Shown in pieces: positions 63,101-64,000 of a DNA stretch of 64,000 nt. The notes under the pieces are model-generated. The model had not been told where the DNA came from, did no database searches, and was given only the letters and a program-made list of their open reading frames with translations. The stretch comes from Ostrea edulis (taxonomy: Eukaryota). Within the stretch, counting starts at the first letter, position 1. Every line of letters begins with the position of its first letter. The stretch is taken from NCBI RefSeq assembly GCF_947568905.1, contig NC_079170.1, positions 13,640,001 to 13,704,000 on the forward strand. Reading direction: 5' to 3'. The translations under genes were made by a program, and so were the position numbers.

Positions 63101-63730
63101 TGCGGTTTCACCCGAAGGATCGCCCCATTAAGCCACCGCATACGACAAGCAAGATGTACCGAGGACCTATTCTAACCCAGATCACCGGATCAAGTGATAA
63201 GGGGATATTGATACATAGACGTGGAAAGTTGACGATGGAGAAGTTGAAGTCATCCCGTTTGTCATAACGTTGAGTTATTGAAATTGCCGTTAACACAGTA
63301 TGCAGACGTGCAAGACTCTGTTATGTCTAAGATTTCAAGTTAACTGGCGTATATGGAATCTACATATCAATGTACATATCGTAGATGTTGCAAAACGTCG
63401 CAATTTGTTTCTCTCTTGTAAATTACTCAAATTTAGGAAGTAAAAGTACTCCTTCCATACGACCTATAATTTTTAGGTAGATGGCTGCATGACGTTGAAA
63501 CCAGGGTTGGGAACTCGACTGACTGGGCTCAGATGTCCACTTGTGGAACGTTCGTGGGACCTAGTGTGACGGGAGGAGTTCATGTCACGGAGTGTGGGAA
63601 ACTCTTGTACGGAATGTTCGTCACCGTGAAAATTGTCAAACCGAACTACATTACAGACGACCGCAACGCGAGGGGTGGAAAAAATTGTCTGGTGTTGGAG
63701 GAAGTTGTCATCGCTGGAATAGTGGTGTAG
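60175..63730 (+). CDS. Type II membrane protein with Cys-rich EGF/EB-like module and F-type (fucolectin-like) lectin domain, 277 aa; exons 60175-60412, 61692-61811, 62310-62531, 63477-63730
   Basis: All introns GT-AG, phase 1, 834 nt open. KR followed by a hydrophobic anchor (aa 20-44). Six-Cys module CSSNINCPDNAVCDRGTCVCSGTYLASGKVC. Lectin motifs NLALGK, VVDG, FHT...PWLTVTLG...IYNRID and CG..LYG.FVTVK. Confidence 0.9.
61840..62003. mobile_element. MITE with cagtggcggatc-type TIRs in intron 2 of the lectin gene
   Basis: cagtggcggatc / gatcccccactg. Flanks acctgtg (61833-61839) and acccgtg (62004-62010). A decayed relative ends at about 61098 (gatccgtcactg). Confidence 0.7.
62972..63190 (-). 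mobile_element. SINE-like copy of the 19280 family in intron 3 of the lectin gene
   Basis: Reverse complement of gggttagaataggtcctc...gccccgtgtcac...cataggcctaaatttt...cgttaaacaa. Confidence 0.8.
63191..63310 (-). pseudogene. Reverse-transcriptase C-terminal fragment, probably from a Penelope-like element
   Basis: YDKRDDFNFSIVNFPRLCINIPLS. I recall this motif from Penelope-like RTs of marine invertebrates (unverified). Confidence 0.55.
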
Positions 63731-64000
63731 CCACCCTACTAGCGCCCAACATTCTATCAAAGTATTAGACTGTTTATATGCATATAAATTGTAATCAAAA
63801 GTTTTACGACGAACTACAAACACATGGCTGTTGTTGCAAGAAATGTAGATAATACCCTCTTTTACAAAGTGTTATATAGACTTGCTAGAAAATTTATCGC
63901 ATCTAATAGTTCTCATAGAACATGTATATATACAATGTACATCAGTGTTCACAAGGTATATCTGTCTATCTCTTTATTTTTACCCATCGCCACTTATGTT

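Overview
AT-rich, repeat-dense, intron-containing animal DNA. The repeat families (Pearl/CvA-type Helentron derivatives, Meta-domain-like SINEs, CR1/L2-group LINEs) point to an oyster (Crassostrea/Magallana-like). That assignment is from recall, not a search. There are two N gaps. By hand I could splice three host genes into open frames: a 266-aa multi-pass membrane protein with a CxCxC motif (25032-28927, +); a 545-aa Glu/Lys-rich protein with an ER/K helix, coiled coil and C-terminal CaaX box (50289-34101, -); and a 277-aa type II membrane protein with a Cys-rich module and an F-type lectin domain (60175-63730, +). The most complete system is a 5542-bp PIF/Harbinger transposon (13246-18787). 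It has perfect 16-bp TIRs and two convergent five-exon genes with open frames: a Myb/SANT-like protein (265 aa) and a DDE transposase (343 aa, needing one GC-AG intron). It sits inside a dead CR1/L2-type LINE, and removing it restores the LINE frame. The window also holds a LINE with intact ORF1 but internally deleted ORF2, a hAT fossil, several MITE/foldback elements, tRNA-like cassettes inside putative DNA elements, and many minisatellites. No CRISPR array, rRNA or functional tRNA gene is supported. All coordinates were read by eye and should be confirmed computationally.
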